Of a stretch of 42,401 nt of DNA, positions 1 through 11,200 are shown one piece after another. Under the pieces are notes generated by a model. The model was not told the DNA's origin. It did not search any database and worked only from the letters and a program-made list of their open reading frames with translations. The first letter of the stretch is position 1, and every line of letters starts with the position of its first letter. Location of the stretch: assembly GCA_003221005.1 (NCBI GenBank), contig QHTZ01000017.1, forward strand, positions 1 through 42,401, in the 5' to 3' direction. The DNA is from Gemmatimonadota bacterium. Its GTDB lineage: Bacteria; Gemmatimonadota; Gemmatimonadetes; Gemmatimonadales; GWC2-71-9. Both the position numbers and the translations under genes were made by a program.

Positions 1-1087
1 ACACTAGCCAGGTTGCAGTCGCCGTACGCAGTCGCCCCTTCGCTCCGACGGTTAGCGCATAGCTGGCTGGCTTCAGGTCCGAGGCGGCGTGGCGAGTCAC
101 CTGAATGTCGTCGAGCATGAACTGACCGAACAACGTCGCGGCGCCATGCCGCTCGATGTCGACGTCCAGGAAGTTGTTGGAGTTCCCACCATAGGCGCGG
201 AAATAGCTGACACTCGCCGGGTTCAGAAACCAGGGCTCGAGCTGCCGCCCGACGTCGGAGATGACGGCCGCGGCCGACAGCGCCAGCGTCCAGCGCCCGT
301 GTGGGTGAAGCCACACTCGGTTCTGCACCATGTACCGGTTCACGGGGGCGCGCGTAGATCCAGTATCCTGGGGAAGGGTGTTCAGCTGAGTGGCTATCGC
401 TTGGAGCTGGATGCCGGACGTTCCAAGCGTAAGGGCCAGGTGATCCATGCTGTACGGGTTGTCGGAGAGCAGGACGCCCTGGACACTGCTCGGGCCCAAG
501 TTGCGATCGAGGATTCCGAAAAACAATTCGCCGAGCTTCCATTGACCGCTGAGGTAGGCTTCAGAGAATCGAGTCGCGTTATCAACCGTGGCGAACCAGT
601 CGGGATCGTACCTGAGCCGAGTGTCCACGGTCGGGTGGGTCACTCCCACGAAGGAGCCGAAGAGGAACTCGCCGTCGAGCCCCACGTTCCCGAAGGCGCG
701 CGGGTCTCGCCTGCGGAGCGGGATCCCCCGATCGACCTCCAACGGGTCTCTCACGGCCTGCGTCGCCGCGGCGGCGCCGACGCTCCCTTCCACGCGATAG
801 TGTGCCCGGTGCTCGACAGTCTCCCACTCCCTGAGCAGCCGGCGGATCGTGGCTCGGAGCCTCGTGTTGACCACGTTCGTGTCCACTGCCGTGAGCGTCC
901 GCACGATGTCGCTCTGCTTCAAGGGCCGGGTCAGCGGCGTCGCGTCGGCGATCACACCGGCCGAGATGAGGTGCTCGACGTAGGGCATGGCCCAGTGGTC
1001 GAGGGGAACGTATGGCGAGGCCTCCTGGGCCGCGAGCGCTAGAGGGAAGTCGGCGGCCGTGAGGCACAGCAGGAGGAATACGCGCAT
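1..1087 (-). CDS. Outer-membrane protein, capsule assembly Wzi-like (partial, runs off window start)
   Basis: Absent from the ORF track because it has no stop in the window. Manual translation from ATG at 1087: MRVFLLLCLTAADFPLALAAQEASPYVPLDHWAMPYVEHLISAGVI...LFGQFMLDDIQV. Signal peptide and Wzi-like motifs. The + ORF 89..1042 is its shadow. Confidence 0.6.
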   Translation of the reverse strand, partial: MRVFLLLCLTAADFPLALAAQEASPYVPLDHWAMPYVEHLISAGVIADATPLTRPLKQSDIVRTLTAVDTNVVNTRLRATIRRLLREWETVEHRAHYRVEGSVGAAAATQAVRDPLEVDRGIPLRRRDPRAFGNVGLDGEFLFGSFVGVTHPTVDTRLRYDPDWFATVDNATRFSEAYLSGQWKLGELFFGILDRNLGPSSVQGVLLSDNPYSMDHLALTLGTSGIQLQAIATQLNTLPQDTGSTRAPVNRYMVQNRVWLHPHGRWTLALSAAAVISDVGRQLEPWFLNPASVSYFRAYGGNSNNFLDVDIERHGAATLFGQFMLDDIQVTRHAASDLKPASYALTVGAKGRLRTATATWLV

Positions 1088-1148
1088 GGAGCGCGCAATT
1101 TGGGGTGGCTGGGGAGGTCTGGCAACGGCAGTTATGTTGTCCCCGCCC

Positions 1149-2021
1149 ATGTCCCCCGTCGTCATTCTGCTCCTTGCCGTCCTCGCCACGACCTACGCGG
1201 GGCCGATCGTCCGGTTCGCGGCTGCGCCAGCCCTCGCCGTTTCGTTCTGGCGCTTAGCGTTGGTGCTCCCCGTGACGCTGGCGCTGTCCCGGCGGGAGTC
1301 GGCAGGGGAGCGAGCGACCGACGGGCGGGCGCGCGCGTTGATGGTGCTCTCGGGACTCATGCTCGCCGCCCACTTCTGGACCTGGATCGCCTCGCTGCGC
1401 TTCACGACTGTCGCGAGCTCGGTGTTGCTCGTCAATCTCCGCCCCGTCTTCGTGTGGGCGATCGCCGCACTGTGGCTGGGCGAGCACCCCGCGAGCCGGG
1501 AGCGGTGGGGGATCGCCCTCGCCGTGCTGGGCGCGACCCTGATCGGACTGGGAGACGTGCGCCTGTCGCCCGGCGCGCTCACGGGCGACCTGCTGGCGCT
1601 GATCGGCGCCGTTGCGGCCGCGGGGTACAGCGTGATCGGGCGGCGGGTGCGCCGCACGGTGGGCGTCTGGAGTTACGTGACGATCGTCTACGGCGCGGCG
1701 GCAGCGGCGCTCGGGCTCGCGGGATTGCTGTCACACACGCCGCTGACCGGGTTCGCGCGCCGCGACTGGGCGGTCTTCGCGGCGCTCGCGGCGGGCCCGA
1801 TGCTCTTGGGTCATACCGGGATCAACTATGCGCTCAAGCATTTTCGCGCAACGACCGTGAACGTCGCGGCGCTGGGGGAGCCGGTGGGTGCGACCCTGAT
1901 CGCGTGGTGGGTGCCGCAAATCCACGAGGTGCCGGGGCCTGCGGCTATCGTGGGCGGACTCCTGGTGTTGAGCGGGATCGCGATGGCGTTGGGCCGCGCG
2001 GATGACCAGCGTGATCGTTGA
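1149..2021 (+). CDS. DMT/EamA family permease
   Basis: About 10 hydrophobic segments in two EamA repeats (HFWTWIASLRFTTVASS; GHTGINYALKH; LGEPVGA). Start inferred at ATG 1149. Confidence 0.9.
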   Translation: MSPVVILLLAVLATTYAGPIVRFAAAPALAVSFWRLALVLPVTLALSRRESAGERATDGRARALMVLSGLMLAAHFWTWIASLRFTTVASSVLLVNLRPVFVWAIAALWLGEHPASRERWGIALAVLGATLIGLGDVRLSPGALTGDLLALIGAVAAAGYSVIGRRVRRTVGVWSYVTIVYGAAAAALGLAGLLSHTPLTGFARRDWAVFAALAAGPMLLGHTGINYALKHFRATTVNVAALGEPVGATLIAWWVPQIHEVPGPAAIVGGLLVLSGIAMALGRADDQRDR

Positions 2022-3060
2022 AGAGCTCCGTGGCGGGCTCGTGGAGACCCGCCACGTCGTGCACGCTGCCGTCGTAGACGCGACGGGCCGGCTGCTGGGA
2101 CACGCCGGCGATCCAGAGCTGGTGACGTTCTGGCGCTCGGGGGCGAAGCCGTTCCAGGCGCTGCCCCTCGTGCAGGACGGCGTGGTCGAGCGCTTCGGCA
2201 TCACCGCGCCCGAGCTCGCGCTCTGCTGCGCCTCCCACTCGAGCGAGCCGCAACAGGTGCGCCTGGTGCGCGACCTGCTCGACAAGATCGGCTGTAGCGA
2301 GCGCGATCTGCTATGCGGGTCGCACCTGCCGCTCTCGGAGCGAGTCGCACAGGACTACGCGACCCGCGGCGTGCGGCTCACCGCCGCCTATTCGAACTGC
2401 TCGGGGAAGCACGCCGGCATGCTGGCGCTGGCGTGCCACCATGGCTGGCCGGTCGCGTTCTACACCCGTCGCGATCACCCCGTGCAGCAGCGCTGCCTGA
2501 CCGAGGTCGCCCGCTGGAGCGAGGTGCCCGCCGAGCGGGTCGGCACTGCGGTGGATGGGTGCGGCGTGGTGTGTTTCGCGATTCCGCTGCGCAACATGGC
2601 GCTGGCGTACGCGCACTTGGCAAATGCGGAATTCGGAATGCGGAATGCGGAATCGCAGGGGGAGTTTCGCGGCGCGAGCGACCTCGCATCGCCATTCCGG
2701 ATTTCGCATTCCGCATTGCGCATTGTGGAAGCCATGCTCCGCCATCCCGAGTTGATCGCCGGCGACGGTCGCCCGTGCACCGACATGATGCGCGCGCACC
2801 CGGGGCGGGTCGTCGCCAAGGTGGGGGCCGCAGGTGTGTACTGCGGCTTGTTGCCGCAGGAGGGATGGGGGATCGCCCTCAAGGTGGCCGACGGCCACGG
2901 ACCTGCGGCGGTGATCGCGATGGCCGGGATCCTCTCCGAGCTGGGCTTGCGACCGCAGCCGGAGCGCCTGGTATCGCAGCTGATCCTGAACACGCGCGGG
3001 GAGGCGGTCGGTGAGATGCGGATAAACGGGGGGCTGGAGCGCGGAAATGATGCGGAATAG
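2002..3060 (+). CDS. L-asparaginase II (Rhizobium AnsA-type) family, with in-frame repeat insertion
   Basis: Motifs RSGAKPFQA, CASHS, NCSGKHAG, DGCG, KVGAAG, KVADG. Confidence 0.85.
   Translation: MTSVIVEELRGGLVETRHVVHAAVVDATGRLLGHAGDPELVTFWRSGAKPFQALPLVQDGVVERFGITAPELALCCASHSSEPQQVRLVRDLLDKIGCSERDLLCGSHLPLSERVAQDYATRGVRLTAAYSNCSGKHAGMLALACHHGWPVAFYTRRDHPVQQRCLTEVARWSEVPAERVGTAVDGCGVVCFAIPLRNMALAYAHLANAEFGMRNAESQGEFRGASDLASPFRISHSALRIVEAMLRHPELIAGDGRPCTDMMRAHPGRVVAKVGAAGVYCGLLPQEGWGIALKVADGHGPAAVIAMAGILSELGLRPQPERLVSQLILNTRGEAVGEMRINGGLERGNDAE
2623..2724. repeat. Inverted heptamer-array hairpin (GGAATGC / GCATTCC), in frame in the asparaginase gene
   Basis: aatgcgg aattcgg aatgcgg aatgcgg aat ... 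cattccg gatttcg cattccg cattgcg catt. Confidence 0.95.
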
Positions 3061-3081
3061 GGAAAGGGGAATAGTAGAATG
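3054..3081. repeat. Solo heptamer array (GGAATAG type) at gene junction
   Basis: ggaatag ggaaagg ggaatag tagaatg; spans the asparaginase stop and the next start. Confidence 0.55.
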
Positions 3082-3750
3082 ACGCCGGACCGCGTAAACC
3101 AACCCCGGGGTCGTGCGCCGGGGTCACCCGGTGGCCCGCCCGGGCTCGACGCGCAGACGCGGGGCCTCGTGCGAGTGGCGATCGCCGTCGCGACGGGCGA
3201 CACTGCCGCCCTCAAGGAGCGGCTGCTCGGCGCGCGCGCGGCCCAGACGCCCGAACGCTGGGTGGACGAGCTGCTGCTGCAGAGCCTGCTCAACGTGGGG
3301 TACGCGCTCGGACTCCAGGCGTTCGCGGTGTGGCGCGACGTGAGCCCCGCCCCGGCGGGGAGCGAGACCCTCTCGCACGAGGCCTGGCGTGACTGGGCGG
3401 AGCGGGGCCCGCGCGTGTGCGGCGCGGTGTACGGCCGCACCTATCACAAGCTGCTTGTGAACCTGCGCGCGCTGCACCCGGCGCTCGAGACACTCGTGGT
3501 TGTGGATGCCTACGGCAAGCTGATCGGACGGGACGGGCTGGATCTCAAGCGCCGCGAGCTCTGCACGCTCGCTGAGATCGCGGTGCTCGACACGCCGCGC
3601 CAGCTGCACGCCCACCTGCGTGGCGCCCTCAACACCGGCTCCGCCCCGGAAGAAGTGGACGAGGCCCTCGCGCTGGTCGAGCAGGACGTGGGAGCGGAGC
3701 GGGCGTTGCGGGCGTGGGAGCTGTGGGCGGATGTGCGGGGGAGGAACCTT

Positions 3751-3780
<30 letters not shown>
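3079..3780 (+). CDS. Carboxymuconolactone decarboxylase / AhpD-like protein
   Basis: GLDLKRRELCTLA...QLHAHLRGALNTG CMD-family pattern. Confidence 0.85.
3101..3131. repeat. Degenerate REP palindrome in the 5' end of the CMD gene
   Basis: aaccccggggtcgtgcgccggggtcacccgg resembles the REP at 6765-6804. Confidence 0.6.
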
Positions 3781-6272
<2,492 letters not shown>

Positions 6273-6274
<2 letters not shown>

Positions 6275-6359
6275 GCCCCGGGCCGTCGGCTTGGGCGGCT
6301 GCCCGCGTGGGCGCGCCTGCCTTGAACCCCGGGCCGTCGGCCCGTGGTTAACCGACCCG
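6273..6359. repeat. Two REP-like palindromes upstream of the Y1 transposase
   Basis: gagccccgggccgtcggcttggg and gaaccccgggccgtcggcccgtggttaaccgacccg; inverted relative to the 6765-6804 copy. Confidence 0.85.
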
Positions 6360-6367
6360 CGCTGGCC

Positions 6368-6775
6368 ATGCGGAAGCGGGGGCCTCACAAGGCTTGTGGC
6401 TTATACGCCCACATTACGTGGCATACGTGGCGCAGGCAGAGGTCGGTGCGCGCGGTCGACGTTGCTGACATCACTGACGCCGTGCGTCAAGCGGCTCACT
6501 GCCGCGGCGTGCACGTGCACGCGCAGGCTGTCCTCTCCGATCACGTGCATGTCATCGTGAGTTACAACCCTGCCGTCGCGCTCGCGCCGTTCATTCGCCA
6601 CGCGAAGTCGGAGTCTGCGCGTCGTCTAAACCTTAGGCGCGGAAGTCCAGGGATCTTTCGGTGGTGCCGCGGCTACTATGCCGGTTCGCTCTCCCGCAGT
6701 CACGTCGGCCTCGCGCGCGGGTACGTGGGCCGGCAGCACTTCCGGCACCCGGACCGGATCCCCGCTTCCGGGTAG
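6368..6775 (+). CDS. tnpA: IS200/IS605-type Y1 HUH transposase (TnpA/RAYT-like)
   Basis: HITWHT, HUH motif DHVH, W..GYY..S, catalytic Y in YVGRQ; 135 aa; no tnpB. Confidence 0.88.
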   Translation: MRKRGPHKACGLYAHITWHTWRRQRSVRAVDVADITDAVRQAAHCRGVHVHAQAVLSDHVHVIVSYNPAVALAPFIRHAKSESARRLNLRRGSPGIFRWCRGYYAGSLSRSHVGLARGYVGRQHFRHPDRIPASG

Positions 6776-6804
6776 GTTGACCCCGGGGCGACGCCCCGGG
6801 GTTC
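6765..6804. repeat. REP palindrome downstream of the transposase
   Basis: cttccggGTAGgttgaccccggggcgacgccccggggttc; GTAG contains the tnpA stop. Confidence 0.92.
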
Positions 6805-6833
6805 GCGGGTCGCCCTCTGAGTATACTTCCGCC

Positions 6834-7970
6834 GTGCACCTCTACCTCCACGTCCCCTTCTGTGCCCGCCGCTGTAGCTACTGCGACTTCTCGATCGCCG
6901 TGCGCCGGCGCATTCCGGTGCGGGGGTACGTGGAGTGCGTGCTGCGCGAGCTGGGGGACCTGATCTCTTCCGGGTGGGTTGACCCCGGGGCGTCGCCCCG
7001 GGGCTCCCTCTACCTCGGCGGGGGGACACCGTCGCTCCTGCCGCCCGAAGCGGTCGCGACTCTTCTCACGCATCTCCTCGACGCCTTTTCCTCGACGCCT
7101 TCCCTTGACGCCCTTGAGGTAACGATTGAAGCGAATCCTGAGGACGTGACGCTCTCGACCGCCTCGTCCTGGCGTCGCTCCGGCATCAACCGCGTGTCGC
7201 TCGGCGCCCAGTCCTTTGACGACAATGTGTTGCAGTGGATGCATCGCTTCCACGACGCCGCGCGCATTGGAGCCGCGGTGCGCACGCTGCGCGCCGCGGG
7301 GCTCGACAACATTTCCCTCGACCTGATCTTCGCACTCCCCCCCGAGCTCAACCGCGACTGGTCCCGCGACCTCGATGAAGCCCTCGCGCTCGCTCCGCCG
7401 CATCTCTCGGTCTACGGCCTCACGGTTGAGGAGCGCACGCCGCTGGCCCGCTGGATTAGCCGTGGCACGAGCTCCGCCCCGGATGACGACCGTTACGCCG
7501 CCGAATACCTGCTGGCGCACGAACGGCTGCGCAACGCGGGCTACCACTTCTACGAGGTGTCGAACGCCGCCCGCGACGGGCACCGCAGCCGCCACAACTC
7601 CGCCTACTGGTCTGGTCGCCCCTACTCGGGCCTCGGTCCGGCGGCGCACTCCTACGACGGCCGCGTGCGCCGCTGGAACCTGGCGCCGTGGGAGGCGTAT
7701 CGTCGCGCCGTGCAGTCGGGGCGCTCTGCCATCGAGTCGCAGGAGATCCTCACTGACGAGCAACGTGAGCTGGAGCGGATCTATCTCGCGCTGCGCACCG
7801 ATGCCGGTCTGCCTGTTTCCGCCCCTTACCGCCTCCTACCGCCCCTTACCGCCTGGGTGGAGAGGGGGTGGGTGGCACTCCGGGGAGGACGGCTCGCGTG
7901 CACCGCCCAGGGCTGGTTGCGCCTCGACTCCCTGGTCCGTGACTTGACCGCGCTCGCTGTGGCTGTCTAA
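6834..7970 (+). CDS. hemW: Radical SAM heme chaperone HemW (HemN-like)
   Basis: LYLHVPFCARRCSYCDF, GGGTPS, EANP, YEVSN, HNSAYW; upstream of hrcA. Confidence 0.93.
   Translation: MHLYLHVPFCARRCSYCDFSIAVRRRIPVRGYVECVLRELGDLISSGWVDPGASPRGSLYLGGGTPSLLPPEAVATLLTHLLDAFSSTPSLDALEVTIEANPEDVTLSTASSWRRSGINRVSLGAQSFDDNVLQWMHRFHDAARIGAAVRTLRAAGLDNISLDLIFALPPELNRDWSRDLDEALALAPPHLSVYGLTVEERTPLARWISRGTSSAPDDDRYAAEYLLAHERLRNAGYHFYEVSNAARDGHRSRHNSAYWSGRPYSGLGPAAHSYDGRVRRWNLAPWEAYRRAVQSGRSAIESQEILTDEQRELERIYLALRTDAGLPVSAPYRLLPPLTAWVERGWVALRGGRLACTAQGWLRLDSLVRDLTALAVAV
6967..7006. repeat. REP copy in frame in hemW
   Basis: 37/40 identical to 6765-6804; encodes SGWVDPGASPRG. Confidence 0.92.
7817..7854. repeat. 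Decamer tandem array (TACCGCCCCT type) in hemW
   Basis: ttccgcccct taccgcctcc taccgcccct taccgcc. Confidence 0.85.
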
Positions 7971-7973
7971 ATT
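7944..7973 (+). promoter_or_regulatory. Putative sigma70 promoter for hrcA-dnaJ
   Basis: TTGACC-N18-TAAATT. Confidence 0.45.
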
Positions 7974-7998
7974 GTTTGCCGCAAACAGGTTGGCTACA

Positions 7999-8985
7999 GT
8001 GGCGACATCCCTCTCCGAACGCGAGCGTCAGGTCCTCGAGGCCGTCATCGAGACCTACGTGCAGACCGCCGAGCCGGCGGGCAGCCGGACCATCGCCAAG
8101 CGGTTCGGGATGGCTGTGTCCGCCGCCACGATTCGAAACACGATGAGCGACCTCGAGGAGAAGGGGTACCTCTACCACCCCCACACCTCCGCGGGCCGCA
8201 TTCCGACCGATCTCGCCTACCGCGTGTACGTGGATTCCCTCATGCGGCTGCAAGACGTCTCGGCCTCCGATTCACACCAGATCCGCGAGGAGCTCGGGGG
8301 CGGGGGCGAGCACAATGCCGTGGACCAGATCCTGGCGCGGGCGGCACAGGTGCTCGGCGTGCTCACCAAGGAGCTCGGCGTCGCTGCGGGGCCCTCCTTG
8401 GATGAGGCGGTGCTCGAACGGCTCGAGCTGCTGCGGGTAACCTCGGAGCGGCTGTTGCTGGTTCTGGCGCTCAAGCACGGTGCGGTGCGCAGCGGGCGCC
8501 TGGCGGGACTCACCTTGCGCGAGATCCGCGCGACGCTGCCGCAGCGGGTGCGGGACGCGGTGTCCGGTCCCGACTCGAGCGAGCTGATCAACATCTTCAT
8601 CCAGGAAGCCGACGAGCTGTTCGACGTGCCCACAGGCGCGAGCGCCGGGGACGCGAGCGGCGTTCTCCTGAGCAGCGCGCAGCTTCTCGCCGAGCAGCCC
8701 GAGTTCCAGACCAAGCAGCAGCTGCAGGGGTTGATGCAGGTGACGGAGCGCCGCGACGTGCTGCGCGAAGCCCTGGTCCGCCGGCTCGGCGGCGGCCTCA
8801 CGATCACGATCGGGAGCGAGCACCAGGATCCCAAGCTCGCCCCCTTCACACTGGTGACCTCGTCGTATCGCGCGGGACCGCTCGCCGGTGTGATCGGCGT
8901 CATGGGTCCCACGCGCATGCCGTACGACAAGATCGTAGCCCTGGTGGATCACACGAGCCGGCTGGTGGGCGAGCTGCTGCAATGA
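7999..8985 (+). CDS. hrcA: Heat-inducible transcription repressor HrcA (possible internal deletion)
   Basis: [39 protein letters not shown]. Confidence 0.95.
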   Translation: MATSLSERERQVLEAVIETYVQTAEPAGSRTIAKRFGMAVSAATIRNTMSDLEEKGYLYHPHTSAGRIPTDLAYRVYVDSLMRLQDVSASDSHQIREELGGGGEHNAVDQILARAAQVLGVLTKELGVAAGPSLDEAVLERLELLRVTSERLLLVLALKHGAVRSGRLAGLTLREIRATLPQRVRDAVSGPDSSELINIFIQEADELFDVPTGASAGDASGVLLSSAQLLAEQPEFQTKQQLQGLMQVTERRDVLREALVRRLGGGLTITIGSEHQDPKLAPFTLVTSSYRAGPLAGVIGVMGPTRMPYDKIVALVDHTSRLVGELLQ

Positions 8986-10139
8986 GCGCGGGCGACTTCT
9001 ACGCGGTGCTGGGCGTTGCGCGGGAAGCCTCGGAGGCCGACATCAAGAAGGCCTACCGCAAGCTCGCCATGACCTACCACCCCGACCGCAACAACGGTGA
9101 CAAAGCGGCCGAGGAGAAGTTCAAGCAGATCACCGAGGCGTATGAAGTGCTGAGTGATCCCGAAAAGCGCGCCACCTACGACCGCTATGGGGAGGCGGGC
9201 CTGCGGGGCGGGGCCGGCGGGGCGGGGTTTGGGTTCGCTCACTTCGATCTCTCCGAGGCGCTCAACGTCTTCATGCGCGACTTCGGAGGATTGGGCGGAT
9301 TCGACGCCATCTTCGGGGGTGGCGAGCGGACACGGCGGGACCGCAATCGGGGCGAGGACCTGAAGGTCGCCCTGAAGCTGACCCTGGCGGACGTGGCGTC
9401 AGGGACCACCAAGACCGTCAAGCTGCGGACCCTCGACCGGTGCACCACGTGCGGCGGCACGGGGGCACGCACCGGCACAGAGCCCACGAAGTGCACGACC
9501 TGCGGCAGCTCGGGTGAGGTCCGCCGCAGCACGCGCTCCATGTTCGGCCAGTTCCTGGCGGTGTCTCCCTGTCCGACTTGCGGGGGGGAGGGCACCGTCA
9601 TCAAGGACCCGTGCCCCAAGTGCCAGGGGGACGGGCGGGTGCGGGCCGAGAAGACGGTTCAGATCGACGTCCCGGCGGGCGTCGCCGACCATCACTACCT
9701 CACGGTGCGCGGCCAGGGCGTCCCCGGGCGCCGCAACAGCCCCCCGGGGGACCTGATCGCCGTGCTCGAAATCGCCGAGGATCCGCGCTTCGAGCGGCAT
9801 GGCGATGACTTGGTGTACGATCTCCCGGTCGCGTTCGCCCAGGCGGCGCTCGGTGCCGAGCTCAAGGTCCCCACCCCCTACGGCGAGACGGTGCTCAAGA
9901 TCCAGCCGGGCACGCAGACGGGCACGATGTACCGGCTTCGCGGCAAGGGGCTCCCGCGGCTGGGTGAAGGCGGCCGCGGCGAGCTACTGGTGCGCGTGCG
10001 CGTGTGGACGCCAACGCACCTGACGTCGGAGCAAAAGGCGCTGCTCGAGCAGCTCGCCAACGTGGAGAGCGCGCCTCCGAGCGACGCTGGATCGGGCAGG
10101 AAGTTCTGGGAAGAGCTGCGACGTGCATTCGGCGCGTAG
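8982..10139 (+). CDS. dnaJ: Chaperone DnaJ
   Basis: J domain with HPD, G/F region, four CxxCxGxG repeats. Confidence 0.98.
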   Translation: MSAGDFYAVLGVAREASEADIKKAYRKLAMTYHPDRNNGDKAAEEKFKQITEAYEVLSDPEKRATYDRYGEAGLRGGAGGAGFGFAHFDLSEALNVFMRDFGGLGGFDAIFGGGERTRRDRNRGEDLKVALKLTLADVASGTTKTVKLRTLDRCTTCGGTGARTGTEPTKCTTCGSSGEVRRSTRSMFGQFLAVSPCPTCGGEGTVIKDPCPKCQGDGRVRAEKTVQIDVPAGVADHHYLTVRGQGVPGRRNSPPGDLIAVLEIAEDPRFERHGDDLVYDLPVAFAQAALGAELKVPTPYGETVLKIQPGTQTGTMYRLRGKGLPRLGEGGRGELLVRVRVWTPTHLTSEQKALLEQLANVESAPPSDAGSGRKFWEELRRAFGA

Positions 10140-10145
10140 GCGCCC

Positions 10146-10484
10146 ATGACCGGCTGCCTGTTCTGCAAGGTGGCCTCGGGTGAGATCGCCGCCACCGTGG
10201 TGAAGCGAGCCGATGGGCTGCTCGCATTCCAGGACATCAACCCGCAAGCGCCGACGCACCTGCTCGTGATTCCGACGGTGCACATCGCGTCCCTGAAGGA
10301 CGCGACGGACGACACATTGCTGGGCCGGATGCTCGGGTTCGCGCGCGATCTGGCGCGCGAGGTCGGCATCGCGGAGCGCGGGTACCGGATCGTCGTCAAC
10401 ACCAATGCGGACGGTGGACAGACGGTGTTTCACCTCCACCTGCATCTGCTCGGCGGTCGCGCCATGCGATGGCCACCGGGGTGA
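10146..10484 (+). CDS. HIT family nucleotide-binding protein (HinT-like)
   Basis: CLFC, DINPQAPTH, GQTVFHLHLHLLGG. Confidence 0.95.
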   Translation: MTGCLFCKVASGEIAATVVKRADGLLAFQDINPQAPTHLLVIPTVHIASLKDATDDTLLGRMLGFARDLAREVGIAERGYRIVVNTNADGGQTVFHLHLHLLGGRAMRWPPG

Positions 10485-10488
10485 ACCC

Positions 10489-10517
10489 TTGCGGGCCATC
10501 TAGGTGAGGGCTAAGTT
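10489..10517 (+). promoter_or_regulatory. Putative sigma70 promoter for rpsU
   Basis: TTGCGG-N17-TAAGTT. Confidence 0.45.
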
Positions 10518-10547
10518 TTTACCTCCCTCACAGTTAGACGGGATCGG

Positions 10548-10736
10548 ATGCCGGAAGTCATCATTCACGATGACGAGAGCTTTGAGCGCGCCCTCAAGCG
10601 GTTCAAAAAGAAGTGTGAGAAGGCGGGGATTCTCTCCGACTTGCGGAAGCATCGTCACTACGAAAAGCCCAGCGAACGCAAGAAGCGCAAGATGAATGCG
10701 GCGCGCCGCAAGAACCGCCGCATGCGCCCCGTCTAA
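10548..10736 (+). CDS. rpsU: 30S ribosomal protein S21
   Basis: [12 protein letters not shown]...[11 protein letters not shown]. Confidence 0.97.
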   Translation: MPEVIIHDDESFERALKRFKKKCEKAGILSDLRKHRHYEKPSERKKRKMNAARRKNRRMRPV

Positions 10737-10738
10737 GC

Positions 10739-11200
10739 GTGGACAGGGCCCCCCTCTCCCTCTCCCTCCCACAGCGGCTCCGCGCCGCGATGAACGAGGC
10801 CCGCAAACGACGCGATCAGGCGCGCACGCTCCTCCTCTCCACGATCCTGGCAGACCTCAAGAACCGCGAACTCGAGCTTCCGCACCCGCCCTCCGATGAC
10901 GAGACGGCCGAGGTGCTGCGACGCGGTATCAAGCGGCGGCGCGAGGCGGCCGAGCAGTATCAGGCGGCCAAACGCCCCGATCTCGCCGACAAGGAGCTGG
11001 CCGAAGTCAAGGCGCTGGAGGACTTTCTGCCGCCGGCGGTGGATCCCGCGGAGATCCGCGAGGCCGTCCGCGCAGCGATCGCCGCCGGCGCTACGGATCT
11101 CGGGAAGCTCATGGCGCAGGTCATGCCACAGTTCAAGGGCCGGGCGGACGGCAAGCTGGTGAATCAGATCGCCCGGGAGGAGCTGGCGGCCACCGTATGA
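10739..11200 (+). CDS. GatB/YqeY domain protein
   Basis: KRRREAAEQY..AKRPDLADKE..E...FLP; GRADGKLVN; follows rpsU. Confidence 0.92.
   Translation: MDRAPLSLSLPQRLRAAMNEARKRRDQARTLLLSTILADLKNRELELPHPPSDDETAEVLRRGIKRRREAAEQYQAAKRPDLADKELAEVKALEDFLPPAVDPAEIREAVRAAIAAGATDLGKLMAQVMPQFKGRADGKLVNQIAREELAATV

Noticed and set aside
89-1042. 317-aa + strand ORF
   Set aside because: Antisense shadow of the minus-strand outer-membrane gene starting at 1087.
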